Below are positions 10,483 through 19,713 of a stretch of DNA of 64,000 nt, piece by piece. A program made the translations under genes and the position numbers. Below the pieces are notes generated by a model. That model was not told where the DNA came from. It did no database searches and was given only the letters and a program-made list of their open reading frames with translations. Each line of letters opens with the position of its first letter. The first letter of the stretch is position 1. The stretch is from a virus, in the IMG/VR virus record IMGVR_UViG_3300023174_004605, positions 1 to 64,000 of that record; one strand, written 5' to 3'.

Positions 10483-11066
10483 GTTTCAAAGCACTTTTTG
10501 ACTTTGAGGCCGCATTGGCTGACTACACTGGAGCACCCTATGTGGTCCTTACAGATGGTTGCACTCATGCTCTTGAACTGTGTTTTAGATATGATGCTGT
10601 GCGTCAAACCAGCTTTACTGCTTACACCTATTTGAGTGTTCCCATGCTTATGCATCACTTGAGCATCAAGTTTGAATTCACCGACGAGACCTGGACAGGT
10701 GAATATCAGTTTGGCGATACTAGAATCTGGGATAGTGCCCGTAGATTACAACCCGGTATGTATAGACCAGGACAGTTCCAATGTTTGAGTTTTGGATGGA
10801 CCAAACCTTTGCAATTGGGCAAGGTCGGTGCTGTACTAACTGATGATGTCAACGCATACAGACATTTCAGTCGTCAACGGTCAGATGGACGTGATCTGAA
10901 TATTCCTTGGCAGGATGAAAAGGAATTGATCATTGGCTACCATTACTGTCCAACTTTGGAAAGTTGTGAATGTGGTCTTGAATTATTGCCCACCGTCACC
11001 CCCCAAAGCCAAGATGCGGTGTATCCAGACTTGAGAAAAATTCCATTTGATCTTGCAAAAATCTAA
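10479..11066 (+). CDS. Short DegT/DnrJ-type PLP enzyme lacking the C-terminal small domain
   Basis: DGCTHALEL, IWDSA, LSFGWTKPL (PLP Lys); only about 195 aa. Confidence 0.7.
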   Translation: MSFKALFDFEAALADYTGAPYVVLTDGCTHALELCFRYDAVRQTSFTAYTYLSVPMLMHHLSIKFEFTDETWTGEYQFGDTRIWDSARRLQPGMYRPGQFQCLSFGWTKPLQLGKVGAVLTDDVNAYRHFSRQRSDGRDLNIPWQDEKELIIGYHYCPTLESCECGLELLPTVTPQSQDAVYPDLRKIPFDLAKI

Positions 11067-11080
11067 ATAACCTGTATAAT
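11053..11080 (+). promoter_or_regulatory. Composite sigma70 / late-type promoter for folE
   Basis: TTGCAA-16nt-TATAAT, shares AATCTAAATAA..CCTGTATAAT with 1753-1775. Confidence 0.6.
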
Positions 11081-11091
11081 TAAAGGAAAAT

Positions 11092-11925
11092 ATGACAACA
11101 TTTACTAGTGAAGATCTTAAAAACGCAATGAAAAATATAATCCCAGCAGTAGAAGTAGCGGATCACGCACAGTTGGTTCGTGAAGCACCGTATCACCCTG
11201 GCTATGAAGATGCTGTAGTAGACCCAGAATACGGAAGGCCCCTGAGCCAGGTTATCCGTGACAGCATGCGAGCATCGGGCAAACGTTTCTGGGCTGGAGA
11301 CAATATCAGTGAGTTTATTGAAACAGAACAAGAACGTGAGCAGTTGATCACGGAAGCCACTCAAGCATTTGAAAAAGTTTTAGATACATTATTAATTGAT
11401 AGAGAAACAGATCCTAATAGTAAAGGCACAGCACGCCGTCTTGCAAAAATGTATTTTAACGAGATCATGGCAGGTAGATATGAACCAAGACCCGACGCCA
11501 CTGCTTTTCCCAACGACTCGGAGGACAGATATGAAGGCATGCTTGTTGTTCGTAGCGAATTGCGTAGTATGTGCAGTCACCATCATCAGCCTGTATCTGG
11601 CGTTGCTTACATTGGTATCATTGCTGCCCAAAAACTTATTGGTTTATCTAAGTACACTAGGATTGCTCAGTGGTGTGCTCGTCGCGGTACTTTGCAAGAA
11701 GAACTAGCCAACGACATCGCCAGAGAGATTGCTAGAGCCACGGATTCAGAAAACATCGGGGTGTATATACAGGCCACACATGGTTGCTGTGAGAATCGAG
11801 GCATCATGGCACACAGTAGTTTGACCCAGACCACGGTGCTTAAAGGTGCGTTCCGTACTGATCCAGCAACTAAAAAAGAGTTCATGGACAATATCAAACT
11901 GCAACAAGAGTTTGCACCACGATGA
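11092..11925 (+). CDS. folE: GTP cyclohydrolase I
   Basis: SMCSHHHQP, GLSKYTR, LQEEL, HGCCENRG. Confidence 0.95.
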   Translation: MTTFTSEDLKNAMKNIIPAVEVADHAQLVREAPYHPGYEDAVVDPEYGRPLSQVIRDSMRASGKRFWAGDNISEFIETEQEREQLITEATQAFEKVLDTLLIDRETDPNSKGTARRLAKMYFNEIMAGRYEPRPDATAFPNDSEDRYEGMLVVRSELRSMCSHHHQPVSGVAYIGIIAAQKLIGLSKYTRIAQWCARRGTLQEELANDIAREIARATDSENIGVYIQATHGCCENRGIMAHSSLTQTTVLKGAFRTDPATKKEFMDNIKLQQEFAPR

Positions 11926-12350
11926 TCCAGCCACTCCGTGATGATCTCATGGTGCAACAGCAGTTGCCTGATGGTTTCAACTATACTCACGGCGCCTGGC
12001 AACATATGACTGCCGTGATCATGTTGAACCAGACTGGCCGCAAGCCTGTCAAAAACGTAGCACCGGTATTTTGGAGCAAATGGCGTGGACCCCGAGCGTT
12101 CTATGGTGCCACTGAAAAAGAAGTCAAAGATGTGATCTGGAGCCTGGGCATGGTTAATGTGCGTTATGAACGATTACGAAGAATGACCTTGGACTTTGCT
12201 ACCTGGGATGGGGTGGATGCCACCAAGTTACATGGCATTGGAAAATACGGTTCGGACAGCTACGAAATCTTCTTCAAACAGAATTATACCGTAGAACCCA
12301 CAGACAAAGAGCTGATTCGCTATTTAGAACAAGAAGTTAGTGTGTACTAA
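11922..12350 (+). CDS. MBD4-like HhH-GPD DNA glycosylase
   Basis: IMLNQT, LGMVNVR, LHGIGKYGSDSYEIF..PTDKEL match the MBD4 catalytic domain including the Asp. Confidence 0.8.
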   Translation: MIQPLRDDLMVQQQLPDGFNYTHGAWQHMTAVIMLNQTGRKPVKNVAPVFWSKWRGPRAFYGATEKEVKDVIWSLGMVNVRYERLRRMTLDFATWDGVDATKLHGIGKYGSDSYEIFFKQNYTVEPTDKELIRYLEQEVSVY

Positions 12351-12356
12351 CCTAGT

Positions 12357-12386
12357 TTGACATAAAAATACTCGTGGTATTATAAT
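12357..12386 (+). promoter_or_regulatory. sigma70 promoter
   Basis: TTGACA-18nt-TATAAT. Confidence 0.7.
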
Positions 12387-12419
12387 AGTTATATTATTAA
12401 TTACTCTCATGGGTGCTAT

Positions 12420-14861
12420 ATGCGTCGTAAACTGCTCTGGACAGCTCTTTTTGGTACAGTCGTAGTCATCACCGGTTGCGGTGGTGGCGGAGGCGGAGGT
12501 GGCGGAGGCGGTGGATATAATAGTCCATACAATAGCCCTAATCCTTATCTAAGAACTGAAGTTCCCTACAGCACACCGGTACGACAAGCCGTGGTTGATC
12601 CTTTGGTCAATGTCAACGATACTGGGTGGAAATGGGCAGTAGCCGATACCTTTGCCGCAGATGTGTCCGGCACAGGCAATCAAGACGTGCTGATAGCAGG
12701 ACGCATGACACAACCCACCGGCTCTGCCGATTGGGGCAACTTTCGACTCAGTATGTTTAGCTGGCAGAATGGCCGACTTGTAGACCGAACAGCTCAGTGG
12801 TTTCCTAATGACACAAACGTCATCATAGGCACCGAACCCGCTGTAAAATTTGCAGACTTTTTCAAGACAGGTCGCAACGACCTGTTTGTTGCTCCAGGCA
12901 CTGATACTACTATATATGGGCCTACTTATTTTTTCCGTAACACCGGCTCTAGTTTTGAACGTCAAACCTTGACTACAGCAAACATCTGGGCACACGATTC
13001 CGCGGTGGGTGACCTAGACGGTGACGGCTACAAAGACATTGCCATGGTTGGATATGGTGCCAACAGCATGACGTTTGCTATCAACAATCGAGTCAGCAGT
13101 TTCAATGTCTACTCCAGCAACAATGGTGGCGGCAGCGTGGCCATTGGCGACTTCATGCAAAACGGCCGTGGACAAATTATCGTCACAGATCAAAACAGAT
13201 CTGGCAACACTTCTCAAACCAATCTATATTCTTGGACCATTAATGCCAGCAACAATCTGGAATTTACCAAAATAAACACCTTGCCAACTCCTAGATTTGA
13301 ACTGCCCAAGTGGGCCGGATATGACTTTGGTGGCAATCACACTGTGAGATCTGTGGCCTATGACTTTAACAATGATAATGTTCCAGACGCTATCTTGTTC
13401 AGCAGACCGGCCAATTGGCAAAAATATCCCAACTACAGTGAAATACAGTTCTTGAAAAACAACGGTGGTGGCAACTTCGCTGATGTCACTGACACCACCT
13501 TGATCGGTTACAACAATCAGACAGCAGTGACTTACAATCCTAAGTTCCTGGATCTCAACGGTGACGGCTTGGAAGATATCTTGGTCAGTGGATCTGATTT
13601 TTCGGGCAAAAATACCAGCAATCAATTCTTGCTCAAAAGCCGAGACGGCAAGTATGTGGCTGCATACCAAAATATACTCACAGACTTCATGAACCAGGCC
13701 ACTGGACTACAAGGTGGCGACAATGGAGGCAATACAGTCAACGTTGTTAAGGGACCTGGAGGCAAACTATATTTGGTTACTGCTGTAAGCTTCATGAATG
13801 GTACAGACCGCCAATTAGCTCTATATATGAGTGAGATAGGCTCTCAAAGTACCACTACCGCACAAAACGCAGTAAACCTTATCCTGCAAAAGTGGCCTTA
13901 CATGACCGTGCCACAGGCCAATGCGGCTCTGGCACAGACTGCGGCTACATATTTCAACGGCGTGGCCATAATCAACGAAGAAGACATATTTAAACCCGTG
14001 GGCAGTTTGAGTTTGAGCACCATGGGTGGTTTCAAACCAATCTCGGGTTATTTGGCCGGTGTGAATCTCGGAGATGGAAATGTGGTGGCCTTGGACCAGT
14101 TGGGTCGCGGTTACAATCTTAATCTAGCTTCGATGAACGTAAACCGACTCAATGCATTTGGTTACAATACCGAACACAACGATCAATATGAGATGACCAG
14201 TCATGCAGAATACCTGGTCAACGGCGCACTGACCACGGTCAACGGCATGCGTGTGGGCACCGATTGGGCTGGCAGAGATAACGTAGGCATGGGCTTGAAC
14301 CGACCCACACAATACACCGTGGGAGTGCCAGGATGGTATAGAAAAGGTGCCTGGAGTCTGGGCACACAATATACCTATTTGAACACCAATCCTTGGATAG
14401 CGTTTGGTGGTGCCTGGGGTGAAGTAACCGGTTCTGGCATCATGGACAATGTAGTCTCATATCGCAATCGTGGATTCTTGGCACAGGCCAGTGCCATGTA
14501 TGTGAGCACCAACATTAATCCTGGGCTCATAACCCGAGTCAACAACATGTGGGGTACCTGGGCCGAAACTGGATATAGATTCGGCAATGTCAAACGCGAG
14601 GGAGATCTGGGTATTTTTGCCGGCATTAAACCTGTGGTTGTATCTGGATCGGTTGAAGCACGCATACCCACAGCCGTTGACATGTCAGGTAATGTAGTAT
14701 ATACTAACAAGAAGTTGATGGTGCAAAACCAAACCACTGGTTACGTTCGGGCACTATATACCAATCAATTGGACCGACGAACTCAGTTGAGACTGAGTGC
14801 TGTAAGTACTACCGCAGGACAGTATCGGGCCATGACTGAATTAAGATTTTGGGTTGATTAA
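12420..14861 (+). CDS. Lipoprotein with FG-GAP/VCBS repeats and a putative C-terminal beta-barrel (autotransporter-like)
   Basis: Signal peptide with ITGC lipobox, poly-Gly linker, GDLDGDGYKD / DFNNDNVPD / DLNGDGLED repeats, amphipathic beta C-terminus ending ELRFWVD. Confidence 0.75.
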   Translation: MRRKLLWTALFGTVVVITGCGGGGGGGGGGGGYNSPYNSPNPYLRTEVPYSTPVRQAVVDPLVNVNDTGWKWAVADTFAADVSGTGNQDVLIAGRMTQPTGSADWGNFRLSMFSWQNGRLVDRTAQWFPNDTNVIIGTEPAVKFADFFKTGRNDLFVAPGTDTTIYGPTYFFRNTGSSFERQTLTTANIWAHDSAVGDLDGDGYKDIAMVGYGANSMTFAINNRVSSFNVYSSNNGGGSVAIGDFMQNGRGQIIVTDQNRSGNTSQTNLYSWTINASNNLEFTKINTLPTPRFELPKWAGYDFGGNHTVRSVAYDFNNDNVPDAILFSRPANWQKYPNYSEIQFLKNNGGGNFADVTDTTLIGYNNQTAVTYNPKFLDLNGDGLEDILVSGSDFSGKNTSNQFLLKSRDGKYVAAYQNILTDFMNQATGLQGGDNGGNTVNVVKGPGGKLYLVTAVSFMNGTDRQLALYMSEIGSQSTTTAQNAVNLILQKWPYMTVPQANAALAQTAATYFNGVAIINEEDIFKPVGSLSLSTMGGFKPISGYLAGVNLGDGNVVALDQLGRGYNLNLASMNVNRLNAFGYNTEHNDQYEMTSHAEYLVNGALTTVNGMRVGTDWAGRDNVGMGLNRPTQYTVGVPGWYRKGAWSLGTQYTYLNTNPWIAFGGAWGEVTGSGIMDNVVSYRNRGFLAQASAMYVSTNINPGLITRVNNMWGTWAETGYRFGNVKREGDLGIFAGIKPVVVSGSVEARIPTAVDMSGNVVYTNKKLMVQNQTTGYVRALYTNQLDRRTQLRLSAVSTTAGQYRAMTELRFWVD

Positions 14862-15233
14862 ATGAAACTAAAACAAGCACAAGACGCTGGCATAGCACCC
14901 TGGGACAATCAAATAGATGAAAAGACCACAACTGTGGTGTATCTCGACCGATATCCATGCACACCCGGTCATCGATTGTATGTGCCCAAAGACGACGACA
15001 ACGCCAACTGGATAGTCAGGGCCTTTGAAGATGCATTAGCCGATGGCATGCACATGGTTGTACAAGGTGAATGTGATGCTTTCAACATCGGCTACAACTC
15101 AGGACAAGCCGCTGGTCAAACTGTGATGTATCCACACATACATCTTATTCCACGCAGGACCGGAGATGTGGAAGATCCAGTGGGTGGTGTGCGTAACACA
15201 ATACCTGGCAAAGGTAATTACAGAAAATGGTAA
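14862..15233 (+). CDS. HIT family nucleotide hydrolase
   Basis: PCTPGHRLYVPK, AAGQTVMYPHIHLIPR. Confidence 0.9.
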   Translation: MKLKQAQDAGIAPWDNQIDEKTTTVVYLDRYPCTPGHRLYVPKDDDNANWIVRAFEDALADGMHMVVQGECDAFNIGYNSGQAAGQTVMYPHIHLIPRRTGDVEDPVGGVRNTIPGKGNYRKW

Positions 15234-15406
15234 AATACATCAGCGAATTTGATCAGTGGTTAACACGGTATAAACAACAGCACCCCGACACCGAACAACA
15301 GCAGAGAGAAGGTCGCGCTAGACTTTGGGACAAACCCTCAAAAGAAATAGATCGACCTGGCGCAAACATAACTAATAAACAATCAGGATACGTTTACTAC
15401 GATTGA
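15227..15406 (+). CDS. DUF3460-like small protein (59 aa)
   Basis: Read by hand: MVKYISEFDQWL...QQQREGRARLWDKP...GYVYYD, with the WDK motif recalled for this betaproteobacterial family. Confidence 0.65.
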   Translation: MVKYISEFDQWLTRYKQQHPDTEQQQREGRARLWDKPSKEIDRPGANITNKQSGYVYYD

Positions 15407-15414
15407 GGACACAC

Positions 15415-15624
15415 ATGAGTCAACAAAGAAAATTCCAACTCCAATTAAAAAATGATCAGATCATTGAACTAGAATTCACCAGCATTGAGGTAGCTAACAA
15501 TCAACTTTGGCAGATGTTTGCTACTACACAAGCTCTTGATACTGTGCAACAACTCATTGACATGTCAGATACCACTCAAACCAAATCTGCTAGAAAAATA
15601 CCGCCAAAGAAAAATACCAAATGA
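15415..15624 (+). CDS. Hypothetical protein
   Basis: GAGGA SD before ATG 15415. Confidence 0.55.
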   Translation: MSQQRKFQLQLKNDQIIELEFTSIEVANNQLWQMFATTQALDTVQQLIDMSDTTQTKSARKIPPKKNTK

Positions 15625-15806
15625 TTTTTCTAACTGCTCTCATGTGTGCGTTGTTAACCTATCAAGTTACCATGCCGGCGATTGACAATGCCAAATATAC
15701 TTTCACGGTACATAAAGATCAGATAGTTAGAATGAACACTCAAAACGGCACATTTGAACGTTGTAACGAACATCTCAAATGTGAGCCAGTCAAGCAAGAT
15801 AAGTAA
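15621..15806 (+). CDS. Small secreted or membrane protein
   Basis: Hydrophobic N-terminus, two C-terminal Cys. Confidence 0.55.
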   Translation: MIFLTALMCALLTYQVTMPAIDNAKYTFTVHKDQIVRMNTQNGTFERCNEHLKCEPVKQDK

Positions 15807-15812
15807 CAACTC

Positions 15813-15880
15813 AGCGGTCTTCTTCGGCGTCATCCCGCTTTACAAACTCTGCCGCCTATGCTAAACTTAACATAGGAGAT
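15813..15880 (+). promoter_or_regulatory. Candidate preQ1-class-I-like riboswitch in the queD 5' UTR
   Basis: P1 AGCGG/CCGCT, loop ending CATC, A-rich tail TTACAAACT, P2 CGGCG/TGCCG, then a CCTATG/CATAGG hairpin overlapping the AGGAG SD; ATAAGTA late-type promoter at 15799. Confidence 0.55.
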
Positions 15881-15885
15881 TTAAC

Positions 15886-16410
15886 ATGGCAACTTACGTA
15901 TCAACAAAAACATACGGCACCGATCGCGGACTCAGCTGTTGCTTTCGACAATGGCGCAGCACTCACAGCCATTGCAGTTTATTGCATGGTTATTCGATTG
16001 GTATCACGTTAGTGTTTGAAAGCGAAACACTAGATGACCGTAACTGGGTCATGGACTTTGGTGGACTCAAGGCCTTCAAAGAGTGGAGCGAATATATGTT
16101 CGATCACACTCTAGTAGTGGCCGAGGATGATCCTCATCGAGGCATGTTTGAACAAATGGCTCGCATGGGCTTACAAGATCAGGGCGGGGTATGTGACTTG
16201 AGAATTGTAGAAGCAGTGGGTTGTGAGAAGTTTAGCGAACTGGCCTACAAAGAAATGGAACACATCCTACGCACATTCCAGGCCGGTCGTGAATACGGCT
16301 TACCAAACGGAAAGACGTTTTCGGCACGCTATCCTGTGGGTCAAGGTGTGCGCCTACGCAGTGCCGAAGTGTTTGAACACACCGGTAATTCGGCCATCTA
16401 TGAAGGATAA
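15886..16410 (+). CDS. queD: 6-carboxy-5,6,7,8-tetrahydropterin synthase
   Basis: HCSLLHGY, WVMDFGGLK, FDH, VFEHTGNSA. Confidence 0.88.
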   Translation: MATYVSTKTYGTDRGLSCCFRQWRSTHSHCSLLHGYSIGITLVFESETLDDRNWVMDFGGLKAFKEWSEYMFDHTLVVAEDDPHRGMFEQMARMGLQDQGGVCDLRIVEAVGCEKFSELAYKEMEHILRTFQAGREYGLPNGKTFSARYPVGQGVRLRSAEVFEHTGNSAIYEG

Positions 16411-16436
16411 GATTTGTTTGCCAAATAAACGGCTAC

Positions 16437-16444
16437 TATAAATA
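16437..16444 (+). promoter_or_regulatory. T4-type late promoter
   Basis: TATAAATA 7 nt before ATG 16452. Confidence 0.6.
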
Positions 16445-16451
16445 TCAGCCT

Positions 16452-17297
16452 ATGGCAAACGAATATCGAATAGCAGTTCTTTTACCTACACGTGGCAGGA
16501 CAACTGCACTAGATCGCAGTGTACAAAGTCTGGTTGAGCAGGCACATGATATTGACAGCGTACAAATCCTGCTGGGCTTTGACAATGATGATGTAGTTGG
16601 GATCAAACACTTCACAGAGCATTTACAACCTTGGTTGGATAATCATGGCGTGAACTACACTGCCATAACATTTGAACCAATTGGTTATATCCGGCTCAAT
16701 GAATATGTCAACACTTTGGCCCTCAACAGCTCAGCAGATTGGTTGGTATTTTGGAACGACGATGCGGTCATGCATACCCAAGGCTGGGATAACATAATTG
16801 CTGGACATACCGGCGAATTTAAAATATTGGCATTCCGCACACACAACGACCATCCCTACAGCATATTTCCTATAGTGCCACGTGAATGGTTGGATCTACT
16901 AGGACATCTGAGTCCACACCAAATATCAGATGCCTGGATCAGCCAACAGGCCTATTGTATGAACATACTTGAACGCATCAACGTGCATGTGGAACACGAT
17001 CGTGCCGATCTTACAGGCAATAATTTAGATGCAACCTACAAGAACCGACCCATGTTGGAAGGCAATCCTAGCAATCCAGGAGATTTCCATCATATTTCCT
17101 GGACTGCCAAACGCATGCGAGAATGTGATGTAATCAGTGACTATATGAAAAGTCGCGGCATAGATACCAGCTTTTGGGAAAATGTTAAATTACAAAAACA
17201 AGATCCCTGGGAACAGCTAAGAGCCAACGATACTAACAAACAAATGCGCCAGTTCCAGATCAGTCACGCCGATCCAAAACCACTGAACCAATTATGA
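16452..17297 (+). CDS. GT-A (GT2-like) glycosyltransferase
   Basis: VLLPTRGR, FDNDD, FWNDD. Confidence 0.75.
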   Translation: MANEYRIAVLLPTRGRTTALDRSVQSLVEQAHDIDSVQILLGFDNDDVVGIKHFTEHLQPWLDNHGVNYTAITFEPIGYIRLNEYVNTLALNSSADWLVFWNDDAVMHTQGWDNIIAGHTGEFKILAFRTHNDHPYSIFPIVPREWLDLLGHLSPHQISDAWISQQAYCMNILERINVHVEHDRADLTGNNLDATYKNRPMLEGNPSNPGDFHHISWTAKRMRECDVISDYMKSRGIDTSFWENVKLQKQDPWEQLRANDTNKQMRQFQISHADPKPLNQL

Positions 17298-18073
17298 CCA
17301 AGACTCTAGAGCAACGCATACAAGACTACTGGAACAATCAACCCTGTAATATTCGCCATAGTCGAGCACCGGTAGGTACCCAAGCTTACTTTGACGAAGT
17401 TACTGCTAAACGATACCGAGCCGAACCGCACATATTAGACTTTGCTGGATTCCATCTCTGGCGAGGTCGTCGTGTTTTGGAAATAGGTTGTGGCATAGGT
17501 TCAGATGCCGAACAATTTGCTAGACATGGTGCCGAGTATGTGGGTATAGACATAAGTCAAGAAAGCTTAGATATCTGTCGTCAACGGTTTGGTGTGTACG
17601 AATTACATGGCGAATTCCATCAGGGCAGTGTGACCGATTTGGACTTTTTGCAAAGTTTAGGTAAATTCAATCTGGTTTACAGTTATGGGGTGTTGCATCA
17701 CTTTCCAGGAATGGGGTCACACTTGAGCAATATTACCAACGTTCTGCCCCAAGGTGGAGAATTAAGATTCATGGTATATGCACGCAATTCGTGGAAATAT
17801 GCCATGATACAAAAAGGGCTGGATCAGTTTGAGGCACAGGCCGATTGTCCGTATGCCGAAGCATTTACCAGAGAAGAAATCACCAAATTGCTAGAACCCG
17901 ATTATCATATTGAGCGTGTACGGCAAGAACATTGTTTCATGTACAACATCCCTGCCTATAAACAGGGTCGATTTGAACTAGAACCTTGGTTTGAGGCCAT
18001 GCCCGAAACCATGCGGGCTGCTGTGAGAGAATATCTAGGTTGGCATCTCTTGATCAAAGCGAGAAAACTTTGA
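17294..18073 (+). CDS. Class I SAM methyltransferase
   Basis: VLEIGCGIG, GIDIS, YSYGVLHH. Confidence 0.9.
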   Translation: MTKTLEQRIQDYWNNQPCNIRHSRAPVGTQAYFDEVTAKRYRAEPHILDFAGFHLWRGRRVLEIGCGIGSDAEQFARHGAEYVGIDISQESLDICRQRFGVYELHGEFHQGSVTDLDFLQSLGKFNLVYSYGVLHHFPGMGSHLSNITNVLPQGGELRFMVYARNSWKYAMIQKGLDQFEAQADCPYAEAFTREEITKLLEPDYHIERVRQEHCFMYNIPAYKQGRFELEPWFEAMPETMRAAVREYLGWHLLIKARKL

Positions 18074-19020
18074 AAAAGATTGTATATGTAACCGGTTGTT
18101 TGGGATTTATAGGGGTTCATGTTACTCGCCAGTGCCTAGCACGTGGCTGGCACGTGATTGGTGTGGACAAAGGTACCTATGCCAGCAATTTTGATTTTTT
18201 AAATGAGTTTCAAAAATACGATACATTTAAGTTCATACACAAAGATATCAATGATCTTGATCGACTGTATGACTGCGATTATATAATAAACACAGCGGCT
18301 GAGACTCATGTGGATAACTCTATCATGAGTTCCGAAGTATTCCTGCGTAGCAACATCAACGGAGTGCACCGTCTGCTAGAACTGATCCGACAACAGCCTG
18401 TTCAAAAGCAACCAACATTGTTGCATTTTTCAACCGACGAAGTTTACGGCGACATTGATTTAGGCGCTCACACTGAAACTGATCTGTTAAAACCCAGCAA
18501 TCCTTATTCAGCATCCAAGGCAGCTGCCGACATGTTGATCCTGGCCTGGGCTAGGACCTATGGCATCAAATATGTGATTGTGCGCCCTACTAACAATTAT
18601 GGCATTGGTCAATATGTTGAAAAATTAATTCCCAAGTCAATCAAGTATCTTAAAATAGGAAAAAAAATTGACCTGCACGATCGTGGTGAGCCACAAAGAA
18701 CTTGGTTGCACGTTGAAGATACTGCTCGGGCAGTAATGACCGTGATTGATCACAACCGCATAAATGAAATCTATAACATTTCCGGCAATGCAGAAATGCC
18801 CAACAAAGAAGTTATTAAAAAGATTTTGCAACACTATCCCGGCGTCGGAGCCGGAGATCGTTGGGAAGATTACATCACTAGTAGCTACCGACAAGGCCAG
18901 GATGTGCGTTATGCAATCAACGACTCTAAACTCAAGGCCTTGGGGTGGCAACCCTTGGCCAACTTTGATCAAGAATTACAAAAAGTTATAGAGTATTACA
19001 TGTTAAATTTTATTTGGTGA
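18070..19020 (+). CDS. rfbB: dTDP-glucose 4,6-dehydratase-like
   Basis: AAETHVDNS, STDEVYG, PYSASK, NNYG..Q..EKLIP, GQDVRYA. Confidence 0.88.
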   Translation: MKKIVYVTGCLGFIGVHVTRQCLARGWHVIGVDKGTYASNFDFLNEFQKYDTFKFIHKDINDLDRLYDCDYIINTAAETHVDNSIMSSEVFLRSNINGVHRLLELIRQQPVQKQPTLLHFSTDEVYGDIDLGAHTETDLLKPSNPYSASKAAADMLILAWARTYGIKYVIVRPTNNYGIGQYVEKLIPKSIKYLKIGKKIDLHDRGEPQRTWLHVEDTARAVMTVIDHNRINEIYNISGNAEMPNKEVIKKILQHYPGVGAGDRWEDYITSSYRQGQDVRYAINDSKLKALGWQPLANFDQELQKVIEYYMLNFIW

Positions 19021-19023
19021 TCT

Positions 19024-19710
19024 ATGGGAACATATTACAAAGAAGTAGCACAATTTATGGATGCAATTGATCCAACCGGTGCCTGGGTTGAGATTGGTGT
19101 TGATCGTGGCGAAGGTAGCACTAAATTTTTTGCTGATATAGCAAAAACAAAAGGCGTTAAGTTTTATGGGGTTGACGCAGATGAAAATCAAATCACACGG
19201 GCCAGAACAGTATTGTCATCACAAGGACAGGCAGTATTGGGTGCAGACGGACAATTTCGATTGGCCCAAGGGCCTTTGCCCGATCATATAGAACTGGTAC
19301 ATGCATTTGGTGAAAACTTTCTGGAACAATTCTCACGCGATAATCCTGGAAAGAAATTTTCGTTGGTGTACCTCGACAACTTTGATTGGGACTATTGGGT
19401 GGGCGGTCAAGAAGAATCTTTCGTTCCAGCAGTAAAACAACACTATAGAGATTATATGGGCACTGAAATGACCAACATCAACAGCCAAAAAACTCACCTG
19501 TTACAGGCCATGCGACTAATGCCATTGATGTGCAATAATAGCATTATTGTATGTGACGATACCTGGTATCATCCCAATGAAGGAGTGTTCATTGGCAAGT
19601 GTTCCGCGGCTATTCCTTACTTGCTGTTACAAGGATATGAAGTATTGAACAGCCAAGGCTACAGACAAAACAGTGGTGCTATATTAGGCAGATTTACTAA
19701 AGCGAGTTGA
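19024..19710 (+). CDS. Putative methyltransferase, tandem paralog A
   Basis: VEIGVDRGEGS, LVYLD, IVCDD. Confidence 0.7.
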   Translation: MGTYYKEVAQFMDAIDPTGAWVEIGVDRGEGSTKFFADIAKTKGVKFYGVDADENQITRARTVLSSQGQAVLGADGQFRLAQGPLPDHIELVHAFGENFLEQFSRDNPGKKFSLVYLDNFDWDYWVGGQEESFVPAVKQHYRDYMGTEMTNINSQKTHLLQAMRLMPLMCNNSIIVCDDTWYHPNEGVFIGKCSAAIPYLLLQGYEVLNSQGYRQNSGAILGRFTKAS

Positions 19711-19713
19711 TTG

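Noticed and set aside
12480-12516. GGN repeat as a contingency or phase-variable locus
   Set aside because: Mixed Gly codons encode an ordinary post-lipobox linker.
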